A DNA stretch of 64,000 nt from Eledone cirrhosa (GCA_964016885.1 OZ024743.1:199826001-199890000), one strand, 5' to 3'. Positions 25,712-40,247 are shown, numbered from the stretch's first letter. Translations and numbers: made by a program. The notes: generated from the sequence alone by a model not told the origin.

Positions 25712-26460
25712 AATTGCAAGTTTGAAGAACAGTTAGATAAAATATACCCAACTTTCTTCACCCTAGTCCGTAGAAATCAACTAGATAAATAATCATTTAA
25801 ACGGAGCTATAAGTTTAAAATGTAACTTCGAAGAAATAATAGATAAATGATACAGACTATTCCCCGCGAGGAACAGTCAGATAAAATTTACCGTCTTTCC
25901 TCTTAGCCCGTAGAAATTAACTAGACAAATAATCAATTAAACGGTGCTAAGTCTAAAATATAAGTTAGAATAAAAAATGTATATAAACTTTACCAAAATT
26001 TCTCTAATCCCGACTATCGATAGTTTCGCACGAGGGAGTCTCTTGATAAGCTCTAAACCTCATGGATAATACCAAGATTGGACATATCCACAAAGTACGA
26101 GCGAAACTATCGAGTTTTCCAATGTTTGGCGTTTAGACGTTGGCAGGTCTGCAGCATATTTCTTAACTTGTTACCTGACTAAGCTGTTTTTCATGTACTC
26201 TGTGCTATTGTATACATTACGTACAGGAAATATATACAGTTTCAACATTAAAATTCAAATTAAATATAGCAACTCAAATCAAAACATTTATATTTTAGGA
26301 GGTACACCGTTTTCTAATGCAATGTCTCTTGCCTGCATTAAAGAAACCATGGACTCAACACGATATAAACCGTTAACCTAATATATACCTTCCATATACT
26401 GTACCGATTGTGTTGTTGTTTCTGTTTACCTTTTACATATATACATATATACATATATAC

Positions 26461-26780
26461 AATATTTCGTTTCTGAATTTGTTTAGCAAGATTCTTTATC
26501 TGAAAACGTGTGTTGAAACCGATATTGTTATACTTTGGGAGGGTCATGTTGCCAATAAGAAACACACGCACTAGTTGCTTTCACTTCAATTTATTATAAT
26601 ACATTTATAAATTTAGGAATTTATAAATTTCCGGTTGGTTGGTTGGTTCCACAACCAGATGATTGTTTATATATTGTCAGAGTTCTTTCGTCACACATTC
26701 TGTGACCTCTTCAGTGACTGGGGATTCTTTTCTTTGTTTTTGTGCCTCTCATTTGTTCTATCCTACGCCATCTTGTTTTT
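26461..26780 (-). mobile_element. PLE family B single 3' terminus with hammerhead at about 26676-26719
   Basis: Homologous to 6597-6930. The cleavage triplet is CUC in this copy. Confidence 0.8.
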
Positions 26781-28030
26781 TCACACACACACACACACAT
26801 GCACGCACGCACGCACGCGCGCGCGTATGCATAAACCTTATGTATTTCTACAGTATTTTCACCAAACTTAAGACATAGGTTACTTATGTACTCAGGATGG
26901 TCATGGGCACTTTCATTTTTACAGATATTGATTACAGGGCCTCCCGGCAGATAACCCCCTTTAACCACTTCCTTGGAGTCGACTGAAGCACTGCAGTGCA
27001 ATGCAACAAAACGTCATAACTTCTGGAGTTCGCAACCGATTTTCACAAAATATGACACATGGGCTACGTTTGTCCTACAGATGAATGTGAACTCTCAGAA
27101 TTGGCACATATTGAGTAGGGACCGCTGGAAAAACCCGATGATTTTGTAAAAGTATAGTTTTCGAAGCAGCACTGAAGTATTGACATAAATGGTATACATA
27201 ACTGCCATTTAATACCCGAGCAACGCCGGGTACCTCTGCTATTACATATATATATATATGAGGAAGTAAGTCTGTGTGTGGAGTGTGTGCAGGAGCGTAC
27301 GTGTGTGTTATCTATTGTGTATGCATAATACATTTCACAAAATCTCTTTAGCAGGATGCCATAATAATAAGTGCCGTCACTTACCAATCGCATAATCCCA
27401 ACACACAACAACAACAACAACAGCAACATCAGCAACAATAATAGCACGTTTCATTAAACTGACACCAAAGATGTCTGAATTATAGCTACAATAACACACA
27501 CTCATACACACACACTCTTACACACACTCCTACACACACTCCTACACACATGTACACACATTTACATACATATACACACGCCTGTGCACACACACATAGA
27601 TGCAATCTCGTGGTAACTAACTGTACAGACACGAACACACAGGTATACATATACCACACACATTCACCAGCCCCTCCCCACTTATATATATACACACTGG
27701 TACACACATAAACACACACACACTATATATATGTATGCGTATATATATATATGGTGGCTGCCAACTCGTTTTCGAGTACGGCCACTACTTTATATCCATG
27801 TAGGAGAACCCCTACCGATACGCTGAACGAGTGTGACTTTTTAGTCCAGCCAGCGACTTGAAAACTCTGGTACAAACACTACACTTGTGACAATTATTGA
27901 CAGATAGTGCTGGGTCCATGGTACCATGTGACGACAAGTGCAGAGAGATCTCCAGATATATAGCAATGCCTGTGCCGTGAAGCTGTTATAGTGAGCAAAG
28001 GCACTGCACAAAGCCAGTCCCCCTCTCTTA

Positions 28031-28121
<91 letters not shown>

Positions 28122-28256
28122 CATAGATATATATATATGTCAATCAATTTCTAGTTGATATAAAATGCTCGGATCTATTCATTGGAATCTTGGAGCATTT
28201 TCTACGGTGGATATGGCGCATGTCTCTCTGACATGACACCCCTAATTTAATTTTGG

Positions 28257-28296
<40 letters not shown>

Positions 28297-28360
28297 ATAT
28301 ATACATATACATATACATATATATATATATATATATATACATACATATATATATATATAC

Positions 28361-28427
<67 letters not shown>

Positions 28428-28480
28428 CACATATATATATATACATATATACATATACATATATACATATATATATATAC

Positions 28481-28528
<48 letters not shown>

Positions 28529-28777
28529 ATATATATATATTACCGTTGTAAGCAACTATGCGCTCATGTACTGTACATACATATACCAGTTATGATAACA
28601 AAATGACGCAGCGTTTGTGTTGTCAGTTTGTAGATGTTTAGCGCTAACAATAATATTTTTGACACGACTACTTACATGTTTGGGACAAAATGGTTGCTTG
28701 CATTTTCAGTCTGGATCAAATGGAAGATTCGCAGCTGATGTTCACGTTTGTGGTCGTTAACGGCGAGAAATGTTGAC

Positions 28778-29600
28778 GGAGGTGGTTGTGGTGGTGGTGG
28801 TGGTGGTAGTGATGGTGGTGGTGGTGGTGGTTATGGTGGTGTTGGTGCTGGTGGTGTTGGTGTTGGTGGTGTTGGTGGTGTTGGTAGCGTTGGTGGTGAT
28901 GTTGTTGTTGGAGGTGGTGGTGTTGGTGGTGGTGGTGTTGGTGGTGGTGGTGTTGGTGTTGGTGGTGGTGGTGTTGGTGGTGTTGGTGGTGGTGGTGTTG
29001 GTGGTGTTGGTGGTGGTGGTGGTGGTGGTGTTGGTGGTGTTGGTGGTGGTGGTGTTGGTAGCGTTGGTGGTGATGTTGTTGTTGGAGGAGGTGGTGGTGT
29101 TGGTGGTGGTGGTGTTGGTGGTGTTGGTGGTGTTGGTGGTGTTGGTGGTGGTGGTGTTGGTGGTGTTGGTGGTGGTGGTGTTGGTGGTGTTGGTGGTGGT
29201 GGTGGTGGTGGTGGTGTTGGTGGTGTTGGTGGTGTTGGTGGTGATGTTGGTGTTGGTGGTGGTATTGGTGTTGATGGTGTTGGTGGTGTTGGTGGTGATA
29301 TTGGTGGTGGTGGTGTTGGTGGTGTTGGTGGTGTTGGTGGTGGTGGTGGTGTTGGTGGTGTTGGTGGTGGTGGTGGTGGTGTTGGTGTTGGTGTTGTTGT
29401 TGGTGGTGGTAGTGTTGGTGTTTGTGGTGGTGTTGGTGGTGTTGTTCGTGTTGGCGGTGGTGGTAGTGGTGGTGGTGGTGGTGGCGGTGGTGGTAGTGAT
29501 GGTGGTGTTGGTGGTGTTGGTGGTGTTGGTGGTGGTGTTGGTGGTGGTGGTGGTGGTGCTGGTAGTGGTGGTGGTGGCGGGCGTGGGGTGGTGGGGTGAC
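28778..29600. repeat. Compound (GGT)n/(GGTGGTGTT)n microsatellite
   Basis: Visible directly. Internal duplication of AGCGTTGGTGGTGATGTTGTTGTTGGAGG. Confidence 0.95.
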
Positions 29601-29894
29601 GAGGGGGGGGGTATGGTGGTGTTGGTGGCGGTGTTAGTCGTGTAACTGGTTATGATGATGGTGGCGATGGTGGTGGTAGTAGAGTCATTAATTTCAGGTA
29701 TGTGTGATTTCAACTTAGAGGCTGTATCAACAGTCCTTCCAAGGAAGTGAGACGATGGAGGAAAATAATCCCCAGCTTCTGGAAGCGATGTATAATATGA
29801 CCTTATAAACACACAGAAAATAAACAGGATAAAATAATACATGAATGAAGGAACGTATTGTCTCTCGACAGAAAATAGAAGGGATTAGATAATG

Positions 29895-30650
29895 AGATCT
29901 ATTTAGGCACAAGGCCAGCAATATTTGTGGTGCATTGCAGGCATTTTATTTTGTCGACCCTCTAAGGATGGCAAGCAAAACTCACCTCGGCGGGATTTGA
30001 ACTCAGAACGTAAAGGGCCATAACTCCATGTCGCAAAGCATGCTATCAGACCTTCTACCAATAATTGTTTCTATTTAGGCACAAGGCCAGCAATATTTGT
30101 AGTGTATTGCAGGCATTTTATTTTGTCGACTCTCTAAGGATGGCAAGCAAAACTAACCTCGGTGGGATTTGAACTCAGAACGTAAAGGGCCATAACTCTA
30201 TGTCGCAAAGCATGCTAGCAGACCTTCTACCAATAATTGTTTCTATTTAGGCACAAGGCTAGCAATATTTGGGGGTGGATTGGAATCGATTAAATCGACC
30301 CCAGTGCATTACTGGGGCTTTATTTTGTCGACCCCGTAAGGATGAAAGGCAACGCTAACCTCGGTGGGATTTGAACTCAGAACGTAAAGGGCCATAACTC
30401 TATGTCGCAAAGGATGTTATCAGACCTTCTACCAATAACTGTTTCTATTTAGGCACAATGACAGCAATTTTTGGGGGTGGGTTGAATTCGATTAAATCGA
30501 CCCCAGTTCATTACAGGTGCTTTATTTTGTCGACCCCGTAAGGATGAAAGTCAAAGCTTAACTCGGCGGGATTAAACTCAAAACGTAAAAGGCCATAACT
30601 CCGTGCCGCAAAGCATAGTGTCTGACGCTCTACCGATACTGCCAATCAAT
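29895..30650 (-). mobile_element. Head-to-tail array of four SINE units
   Basis: TCTATTTAGGCACAA...AACTCAGAACGTAAAGGGCCATAACTC recurs at about 29897, 30070, 30242 and 30444. Confidence 0.85.
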
Positions 30651-30766
30651 AAATAATACTATAAGAAAACAAAATAAATAAACATTAAATCTGAAAAAGA
30701 GCCTTCATGGCAAAGACAACACGAGTACAGCGCACTACACTCACACACAAAGACGCACACAACACA

Positions 30767-30797
<31 letters not shown>

Positions 30798-31894
30798 TTA
30801 CGCGCACACACATAGAAAACAACAACAACGCAGCAGTAGAAGTTACAAAGATATTAGGTTCACGCTTAGTGAGAGTTGGGGGTGTAGGTGCGACGCTTCG
30901 AACATAAGCCCTTCATCAGGAGAGTAAGGGGGGAGGAGGAACTCCGAGAAGGAGTGAGGGGAAGTTAGTGGGAAAAACAAAACATGGAGTGGAAAATAAA
31001 AGTTAAAAACAAGTTATATATATATATTTATATATTGCTTTGGTGTCCTTGAAATATGTATAATGAAATAAATATGGTTTTATAAATATAGTTTCCATTT
31101 GTTAATATATTGTATTTTTACTCCAATAATTTGTTGAGTGCTTTATATCAGTTATAAAAAATGTTTGCTTGTTGTATCCCAACAAATTAAATATAACTTC
31201 TAAATATATATATATAGTATTGAGTGAGAGTGAAGGAAGGTAAATAGACACTAATACATAGTATCATAGAAAATGGCATTTAGTTGGAGAAAGCAGATAT
31301 GTGTGTATGTGTGTGTGTATGTGTGAGTGTGTGTGTTCGCGTGTGAGTGTGTACGTGTGTTTGTGTGTGAGTGTAGTGAGCCTGTACTTGTCTTCTCTCT
31401 GCCGCGAGGGTCTAATGTTAATAAATATGTATGTGTGTGTGTGAGTGTGTATGCGTGTGTGAGTGAGTGTGTCTGTCTTTGTATGTGTGTGTGTATGTGT
31501 GCGTGTGTATGTGTGCGTGTGTATATATATGTGTGTGAGTGTGTGTGTATCAGTGTGAGTGTGTACGCGTGTGTGTGTGAAGTGAGCGTAGTGAGCCTGT
31601 ACTTGTCTTCTCTCTGCCGTGAGGATCTTTTTAATGTTAAAAAATGTGTTCGTGTGTGTGTGAGTGTGTGTGTGTATGGGTGTGAGTATGTGTGTATGTG
31701 TGTGAGTATGTGCGTGTGTGTACGTGAGTGTGCGTGCATGTGTGCATGTGTGTATGTGTGTGTTTCTCTCTGAGTGTGTGTATGTAAGTGTGTGAGTGTG
31801 TGTGTGAGTGTGTGTTTGTATGTGTGTGTGTGAGTGTGAGTGTGTGTGTGAGTGTGTGTTTGTATGTGTGTGTGTGAGCGTGAGTGTGTGTGTG

Positions 31895-31932
<38 letters not shown>

Positions 31933-32589
31933 TATGTGTGTGTGTGAGTGTGAGTGTGTGTGTGAGTGTGTGTGTGAGTGTGTGTGTGAGTGTGTGTGTG
32001 TACGTTAGTGTGCGTGCATGTGTGCGTGTGTGTATGTGTGTGTATCATGTATCAGTGTAACAACAGTAAGTTAGTCGTCAACTTCAAAGTTTTCCTCTCA
32101 GCATGAGATCAGAGCAGAGAAAGAAGGTTTAACAAGTTAAACATAATGAAGAGGTGGTAAAGGTCGGGTGGAAGAGGACGATGTAGTGGTTAAGTGGAGA
32201 GGTTGAATAAATGATAAATCTTGATGATTACCTTTGTGGCAACAATGTCTACTATGATGATTATAATGATGACAAGCAGGAGGAGGAGGAGGGGAGGGTG
32301 ACGAGAGGGCTGGCAATGATGATGATGATGATGATGACGATGATGATGATGATGACGATGATGATTGTGGTGATGATATTTATAATGAGGGTGAGGATTA
32401 TGATGATTGTGATGGTGGTGGATATAATTGTTTCTACGTTTGGCACAAGGCCAGCAATTATCCCAGTGCATTACTGGTACTTTATTTAATCGACCCCGTA
32501 AGGATGAAAGGCAAAGTTAATCTCGGCGGGATTTGAACTCAGAATGGCAAGGGCCGTAACTCTATGCTTGGCGTCCGACCCTGCCAATC

Positions 32590-33110
32590 CATGGATGTAA
32601 TGTTGGTGATGATGATGATGATGATGATGATGATAATGATGATGATGAAGATGATGATGATTATGATGATTGTGATGATGATGGTGATGACGATGATGAT
32701 GATGATGATGATGATTGTGATGGTGGCGGACATAATTTTGGTGATGATGATGATGAAGGGTATGATAATGATTGTGATGATGATGGTGATGATGATATTT
32801 GTAATGAAGGTAAAGATTATGATATTGTGATGCTGGCAGATATAATGTTGGTGATGATGACCTTGATGATGGTGATGATGATGATGATGATAATGATGAT
32901 GATGATGATGATGATGGTGATGGTTATGATGATGGTGATGGTGATGATGATGGTGATGATGATGATGATGATGGTGATGATGGTGATGATGATGATGATG
33001 ATGGTGATGATGATGGTGATGGTGATGGTGATGGTGATGATGATGGTGATGATGGTGATGGTGATGATGATGATGATAGTGATGATGATGGTGATGGTAG
33101 TGCTGGTGTT
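32590..33110. repeat. (GAT)n/(GGTGAT)n microsatellite
   Basis: Visible directly. Confidence 0.95.
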
Positions 33111-33274
33111 GTTGTTGGTGGTGGTATGGATGGCCTTGTGATATTGATGATGGCGGTTTGGATGGTCATTATAATTCTAGTTGTGGAAATACTGATGCAG
33201 ATCATGATGGTGCTGGTCATGGCAATGGTGGTGGTGTTGGAGGGGGTAGTGTTGTGCTGGTGACAAATACACGA

Positions 33275-34095
33275 TGGTTTCTGAGTTAGACACAAAGCCA
33301 ACAATTTTTGTGGAGGGAAAAAGTTGATTAAATCGACCTCAATGCGTTACTGGTACTATCATTTATCAACCTCGTAAGGATGAGAATCAAAGCTAACCTG
33401 GTAGGATTTGAACTCAGAACGTAGAAATTAGTAACTAGATACCGCAAATAACTTTTAATCTGATATTCTAGTGATATTAGTAATCAATGGCCATTTTCTT
33501 ATACAGTAATAATTGTTTCTACTTTTGGCACAAGGCCAGCAATTATCCCAGTGTATTACTGGCACTTTATTTTATCGACCCCGTAAGGATGAAAGGCAAA
33601 GTTAACCTCGGCGGGATTTGAACTCAGTCCCTAAAGAGACGTAACTGTGCTGCAAAGCATTGCGTCCGACCCTCTACCGATACTGCCAATCCACAATGGT
33701 TTCTGATTTAGGTACAAGACCATCAAATTGGAGGAGGGGAAAATCTATGAAATCGACTCCAGTACGTTACTGGTACTTTATTTTCTCGTCACACTAAGGA
33801 TGAAAGGCAAAGCTAATCTCGGAAAGTTTTGAACTCAGAATGTAAAGGGACGTAACTATATACCACAAAGCATGTTGTTCGACACTCTACCGACACTGTC
33901 AATCAAGCAAAAAAAAATAATGGTTTCTGAGTCGATTAGATCGATTCCAGTGCATTACTGGTACTTTATTTTATCGATCCTGTAAGGATGAAAGGCACAG
34001 CTAGCCTCGACGGGATTTGAACTCAGAACGTAGAAAGTCGTAACTCTATGTTGGAAAGCATATCGTCCAACACTCTATTCGTACCGCCAATCAAT
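33275..34095 (-). mobile_element. Cluster of four same-orientation SINEs
   Basis: Repeated CTGGTACTTTATTTTATCGA..GTAAGGATGAAAGGC..GAACTCAG. Confidence 0.8.
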
Positions 34096-34179
34096 AATAA
34101 AAGCTGAAATATCAATATTATATATTTTATAATATGAAACAACAGAACAATTTTCGTAGAAGTAAAGAAAAAATCCATT

Positions 34180-34356
<177 letters not shown>

Positions 34357-34367
34357 CACACACAGAG

Positions 34368-34398
<31 letters not shown>

Positions 34399-34512
34399 CA
34401 AGCACACACACACATATATACGTGTGTTTCAGTGTATGTATGCATATATAAAGATATATAGATATAAACATACATATACGTATAATTAAATATATATATA
34501 TATACGGCCCGT

Positions 34513-35360
34513 AAATATTGTGGGTCAACATTCATTACAGAATTTAGAGTGGCAGTACACACTTCGAGATTACATTCATATTAAGAGGTACAATCAAAAA
34601 TCAAAAATACAGGTTAAAATACAACATGAAGATAAGCGGTTATATAGTGCAAATGTTATATGTGTGGCACGCATGTGCGTCTTGTTTATATAGTGTGGCA
34701 GAGAGATATGTGTGGTAGAGGCACTTAGGTAGGTAAATAAGAGTGTTAGGTTGGTAGATCTGGTGGCAAATTCTTTATATGATTGATATAGTCTGTGTGT
34801 GGAGAAATGTTATAAGCATTAAAAATAGTGCAAGCATTAAAAGTGTTAAAAGTATTGGAGATGCACAGCGAAGGGATGTCAAGTATTTCATGTACTTCGA
34901 CATTTTCATGGCCAGGGGAGTGTATTTTTCGATTATATGCCCCTCACATAATCCACGACAATTCGATATTGAGCGTTTGACAATCCAGTTAGAGAATCGT
35001 AGTCTGGTGTTCATTAGTTCAATACAGGAGGCTGTTACGTTTCGAGAAACGCCATTGAATACCACCCGGAAGTGTATATAACCGCTTATCTTCATGTTGT
35101 ATTTTAACCTGTATTTTTGATTTTTGATTGTACCTCTTAATATGAATGTAATCTCGAAGTGTGTACTGCCACTCTAAATTCTGTAATGAATGTTGACCCA
35201 CAATATTTGCATATGTATCGGTATGTCTCTTGGCTGAAAAGGAGGTCATATAACTGTCCATGCATTAATAAATTGCTCCGAAGAATCCAAACCTCGGTTT
35301 GGAGGAAACAGCTGTAAGCACAATAATGTTTTGAACAGTTCTTTGATTCTTATATTTCAT
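34513..35360 (+). mobile_element. PLE family E insertion with about 130-bp inverted arms
   Basis: 34513-34646 is the reverse complement of 35075-35208. Hammerhead-like motif at 35274-35320. (TA)n flanks. Confidence 0.65.
35274..35320 (+). ncRNA. Minimal hammerhead-like motif with U4C change
   Basis: TGCT-CCGAAGA-A-TCCAAACC(TC)GGTTTGGA-G-GAAAC-AGCT-GTA^AGCA with a palindromic loop 3. Confidence 0.55.
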
Positions 35361-35451
35361 AAATATATATATATATATATAATAAGGGTTGACGGACACA
35401 CCATATTTATCAATGCCAGTACCGGTTGTATCTCAGCGCACTCAATGGCCC

Positions 35452-35620
<169 letters not shown>

Positions 35621-35717
35621 GTATATATATATATACATACATATATATATATATATATATACATATATATATTGTTATACTTTGGGAGGGTCATGTTGCC
35701 AATAAGAAACACACGCC

Positions 35718-36197
35718 CTAAAGAAACATAATCTCAATATTAAGATAGTAGAAAGACCTGGTACCTCCGTAAAAACACTTATTAGCAAGACATACCCGTT
35801 CCAAAGACCCTCATGTATAGATAAGAAATGTATAACCTGTAAAATAAGCCCCCATATTAACTGTAAAACTAGAAATGTAGTATATAGCATAAGATGTACT
35901 GAGGGACAATGTAGAAACAAAAATATAGTGGACATAGGTGAGACAGCTCGTAGTATAGGGGAACGAATAAATGAACACTGGCGAGACCTCCAAGATAGTA
36001 AAGAATCATCTATGCTCTACCAACATGCTAAGATAGAACACAGGGGTAAATTAGAGAGCATAGAAATAAAAATAGAATCCACACACAAGAAAGACGCAAT
36101 GTTTAGGCAAATTACAGAGGCAGTAAGCATAAAAGAATTAAAACCAAAATTAAATAGAAAATATGAGTGGAACAGCAACATCACAACTTACAATTAA
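35718..36197 (+). CDS. C-terminal GIY-YIG endonuclease of a PLE (5'-truncated)
   Basis: [22 protein letters not shown]...[16 protein letters not shown]...HAKIEH...[17 protein letters not shown]. The YIG Tyr appears as Asp. Confidence 0.85.
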   Translation, partial: LKKHNLNIKIVERPGTSVKTLISKTYPFQRPSCIDKKCITCKISPHINCKTRNVVYSIRCTEGQCRNKNIVDIGETARSIGERINEHWRDLQDSKESSMLYQHAKIEHRGKLESIEIKIESTHKKDAMFRQITEAVSIKELKPKLNRKYEWNSNITTYN

Positions 36198-36494
36198 GGA
36201 CAAAATGAAAACACACACACACATAGAACAAACAACTTACAATTGAAAACACACACAAAATGAAAACACACACAAGACAAAATGAAAACACATACACACA
36301 TAGAACAAACAACCAACCAACAATAAATAAATAAATAAACAAACAAATATAAATAGAAAAATAGAAAAATGAACACAAACACACACAGACACCCGGATGT
36401 GGCGCATGCGCAAACTGAGCACGCAACCCACACACAAACAAAATGGCGTAGGATAGAAGAAAGGAAAGGCACAGAAACGAAGAAAGAAATCCCC

Positions 36495-36539
36495 AGTCAC
36501 TGAAGAGGTCACAGAGTGTGTGACGAAAGAACTATGACT
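36495..36539 (+). ncRNA. Minimal type I hammerhead ribozyme (family B)
   Basis: AGTCA-CTGAAGA-G-GTCACA..TGTGAC-GAAAG-AA-CTA^TGACT. Confidence 0.8.
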
Positions 36540-36754
36540 ATATATATATAAACAACTATCTGGTTGTGGAACCAACCAACCAACCAGAAATTTATAAATT
36601 TGTAAATTTATAAATATATATTAAATTAAATTGAAGTGAAAGCAACTGGTGCGTGTGTTTCTTATTGGCAACATGACCCTCCCAAAGTATAACAATATCG
36701 GTTTCAACACACGATTTCAGATAAAGAATCTTGCTAAACAAATTCAGAAACGAA

Positions 36755-36818
<64 letters not shown>

Positions 36819-37662
36819 AGATCAAAAGATGGTTAAAAGAGTTTCATGTATTTTATTATGCGCATTTCAAAAACAAATATCATCATTGGATGATATTTGC
36901 GTTCTCATCAGATAAAAAAGGGAGACATGATATGAAGCTTAAAAAACACTTGCGAGAAGTGAAGTGTTAAATCACCATATGAAAAATAAAGTAAGATGGA
37001 TATATGAGATTGGGAAAAAAAAGGAGGGGGGGGGATAAGGAAGAGGAAGAAAGAAAATAAAGGATGACGGGGGAGGAGTATAAGAAGGAAGGATGAGAGA
37101 GGAGGAAAAATGAGTGAGAGAGCGAGAGAGAGATAGCCTTTAAAACTGAGAAAACACTGTCTCACAGAGGGAAATTAAAAAAACCGTTGTACGATAATAG
37201 ATAATTTAAAAAGATTTTGAAATTAAAAGTTAATGAGGTTTATGAATGGTGATGTTTATGATTAAAGAAAAAGGAATTAAGAATAGTATTTATTTAAGGT
37301 TTATATATTGAAGGGTTTAATAATATGTGCGAAAAAAGATTTTATTAATATGTATTATTAAAATAAAAATATTAAGGATATAATGTGAATGAAGGAGAAA
37401 TTAAATGAATTATGAACTTAGAGGAATTAGTTAGGGTTTAAGTTTGTTTTTATGTATTGTAATATGTAAAAGTAAACAATAGGTTTATTACGAGCACGGA
37501 AGGAGAGAAGAAAGAAGAAAATTTAAGGAGCAAACAAAAATATATAACGTAAAAAATATATGTTTACAAAATTTACTAATGGTAATATTAGTATATATTA
37601 AAACTATAGTTTGTATGGCCAAGAATATAAGGAAAAAGTAAAATGCTATAGTGAGTAATAAT

Positions 37663-37843
37663 TGTTTCTACTTTAGGCACATGGCCAGCAATTACCCAGT
37701 GCATTACTGGTACTTTATTATATCTACCCCGTAAGGATGAAAGGCAAAGTCAACCTCGGCGGGATTTGAACTCAGATCGTAAAGGGACGTAACTATGCTG
37801 GAAAGCATGGCGTCCGACCCTCTACAGACACTGCCAATCCACT
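37663..37843 (-). mobile_element. SINE nested in the PLE with 12-bp TSD
   Basis: TSD GTGAGTAATAAT at 37651-37662 and 37844-37855. Confidence 0.85.
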
Positions 37844-38099
37844 GTGAGTAATAATATGAATTAAGAAGTAATTGAGAAGTAAAAGTTACAGATTAAAGAT
37901 TAGAAATTAAAAAAGAAAAAAGAAAAAAGGAAGAAAGGAAAAAGGATAAAAAAGGGGACCGCTAACGACATAGAATGAGTAAATTGTATAATATAATATG
38001 CTGAAATAAGGTAGAAAGATGGGTATATTTGTAAAAGATATAAAAGCGTTTGAGAAAAGAAGATTTTGAACTAATTAGGTATTGAGATATTAGCTGTAT

Positions 38100-39360
38100 A
38101 CTTTATGGAAAGTTCTATGGGATTTATGTAAGCAGAGCGAAAATAAATCTGTACATCTATTTATTATAGAATTAAAATTAGAGATAATGGTAAATTTCTC
38201 GGCTAGGCAGAGATTATATGTTCTGGATAGGTAAGAATCCGGTAAGGAAAGGCGTTGCAAACCTTCCTCCAAGAGATGTTGTAGTTAATATTTTTGTCTT
38301 TTAAGGACCATATGAGTTCCGAGATTGCCGTGTTAGTTCTTTTAAGTTGGTATTTAAAAGACGAATTGTGATTATAAAATCTTGCTTTAAAGGAAGTGGA
38401 AGTGGAACCAAAATAGGTAAAAGAATTAGTACCAGTTATAACCTTAAATTCATACACTAAATTTTTATCAAGACATTGGTTATTAAGAGGACATTTAGTT
38501 CTAACAGGGCAATTACAATTACGATTAGAGAAATTACCAGAGTTATTAACTAGTGACCTAGTATTATTTGTAGAAGGAATTGGATTGGAGAAGTTATTTA
38601 CGATAGGAACTATAGTTTCCTGATTTAGATTGGTGTTATGAACATTCGACAAAGTTACGTTTGACGTCGTATTTAAATTTACTGAATCTAGCCTAGAGTT
38701 AACATTGACGTTGGGTTTACTATTGCTATTATTATGACGCTCAGTGTTGGATGGATATAATTTATTATTTAATATTTTATTATATGTTTAGAGATAATGT
38801 TAGAGATGTTGGAAGTGGTGGAATAAGAGAATTTGATTGTATGTTTGTTAAAGATCTTACTATAGATATGCGAGGGGGGGGGGGGCATTTATCTAAGGCC
38901 CTAAAAAATAGTCTAGGAATATTACTAGTAATAAATAGAGAAAAAAGAGCATTGTACCAAATCATATTTTTGTATCTAGGTCTTTTATTTAAGTTATTGG
39001 TATATTCATAACTAACTATTTTACTATAAGTCCTTCGATGATTGGTTTCTTTACTGTATTTAATTTTATCAGGATAACCGGCTTTGGAAAGCGCATTATT
39101 ATAATAATTGGCATTAGCGTCGAACATAACTTTATTAGAGGATAGATTTGAGATTCTTTTTTCAACATTACTGACTATAGCATTTTTAACGTTAGTGGGG
39201 TGGTTAGATTTAAAATTAACATAATTTAGATTCTCATTGTCTTTATGGTAAGGGTAATATAGGCCGGTGTCAAGATTAAGGGATATATCCAGGAAGTTAG
39301 CTAGTTTGACGTTGTTTTCAAATTCAATTTTTAGGTTATGGTGCTTAAATAGATCAAGTA
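38100..39360 (-). pseudogene. PLE ORF remnant (RT thumb, linker, GIY-YIG), frameshifted
   Basis: NFLDISLNLDTGLYYPYHK..SNHP..RISNLSS..YNNALSKAGY..IWYN; CNC..KCPLNNQCL..LVY..TYFGST..FKARFYNH..W; CLAEK. Confidence 0.85.
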
Positions 39361-40020
39361 TATTATTCTTAATAATATTAAGGTTAACTAAGTTACTTTT
39401 TTTTTTTCCTCCTTAAATTTTTTTCTTTCTTCTCTCCTTACGTGCTCGTATTAAACCTATTGTTTACTTTTACATATTACAATACATAAAAACAAACTTA
39501 AACCCTAACTAATAGCTCTAAGTTCATAATTCATTTAATCTCTCCTTCATTCACATTATATCCTTAATATTTTTATTTTAATAATACATATTAATAAAAT
39601 CTTTTTTCGCACATATTATTAAACCCTTCAATATATAAACCTTAAATAAATACTATTCTTAATTCCTTTTTCTTTAATCATAAACATCACCATTCATAAA
39701 CCTCATTAACTTTTAATTTCAAAATCTTTTTAAATTATCTATTATCGTACAACGGTTTTTTAATTTCCCTCTGTGAGACAGTGTTTTCTCAGTTTTAAAG
39801 GCTATCTCTCTCTCGCTCTCTCACTCATTTTTCCTCCTCTCTCATCCTTCCTTCTTATACTCCTCCCCCGTCATCCTTTATTTTCTTTCTTCCTCTTCCT
39901 TACCCCCCCCCCTCCTTTTTTCCCCCCAATGTCATATATCCATCTTACTTTATTTTTCATGTGTTGATTTAACACTTCACTGCTCGCAAGTGTTTTTTAA
40001 GCTTCATATTATGTCTCCCT

Positions 40021-40089
40021 ATTTTATCTGATGAGAACGCAAATATCATCCCATGATGATATTTGTTTTTGAAATGCGCATAATAAAAT
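40021..40089 (+). ncRNA. Type I hammerhead ribozyme (family A); inverted copy at 36850-36917
   Basis: ATTTTAT-CTGATGA-long stem II CAAATATCATC/GATGATATTTG-GAAA-TGCGCA-TA^ATAAAAT with palindromic stem/loop III. Confidence 0.8.
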
Positions 40090-40213
40090 AATGGAACTCT
40101 TTTAACCATCTTTTGATCTTATATTATTTATACTCCAGTACTATAAACTGTGGAGTGCTACTTATCCGATATTTGCATTGCTTTATTGTGCTACAATAAA
40201 ACTCACCTCCTAC

Positions 40214-40247
<34 letters not shown>

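Larger units (their letters stand above)
35669..36757 (+). mobile_element. 5'-truncated PLE family B with short inverted arm, GIY-YIG remnant, hammerhead and tail
   Basis: 35669-35716 is an inverted copy of about 36650-36697. Hammerhead at 36495-36539. Confidence 0.9.
36813..40213 (-). mobile_element. PLE family A with about 720-bp inverted arms and RT-thumb/GIY-YIG remnant
   Basis: 36813-37530 is the reverse complement of 39409-40124. Tail at 40125-40213. (TA)n flanks. Confidence 0.9.

Noticed and set aside
28748-29842. Long Gly-, Val- or Thr-rich ORFs, with a possible minus-strand acceptor near 29801
   Set aside because: Translations of (GGT)n. The short unique part has no recognisable homology or supported exon partners.
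30885-30925. Minus-strand CTGATGAAGGGCTTATGTTCGAAGCGTC
   Set aside because: Likely a decayed PLE hammerhead, but GAAA is mutated and stem I is absent.
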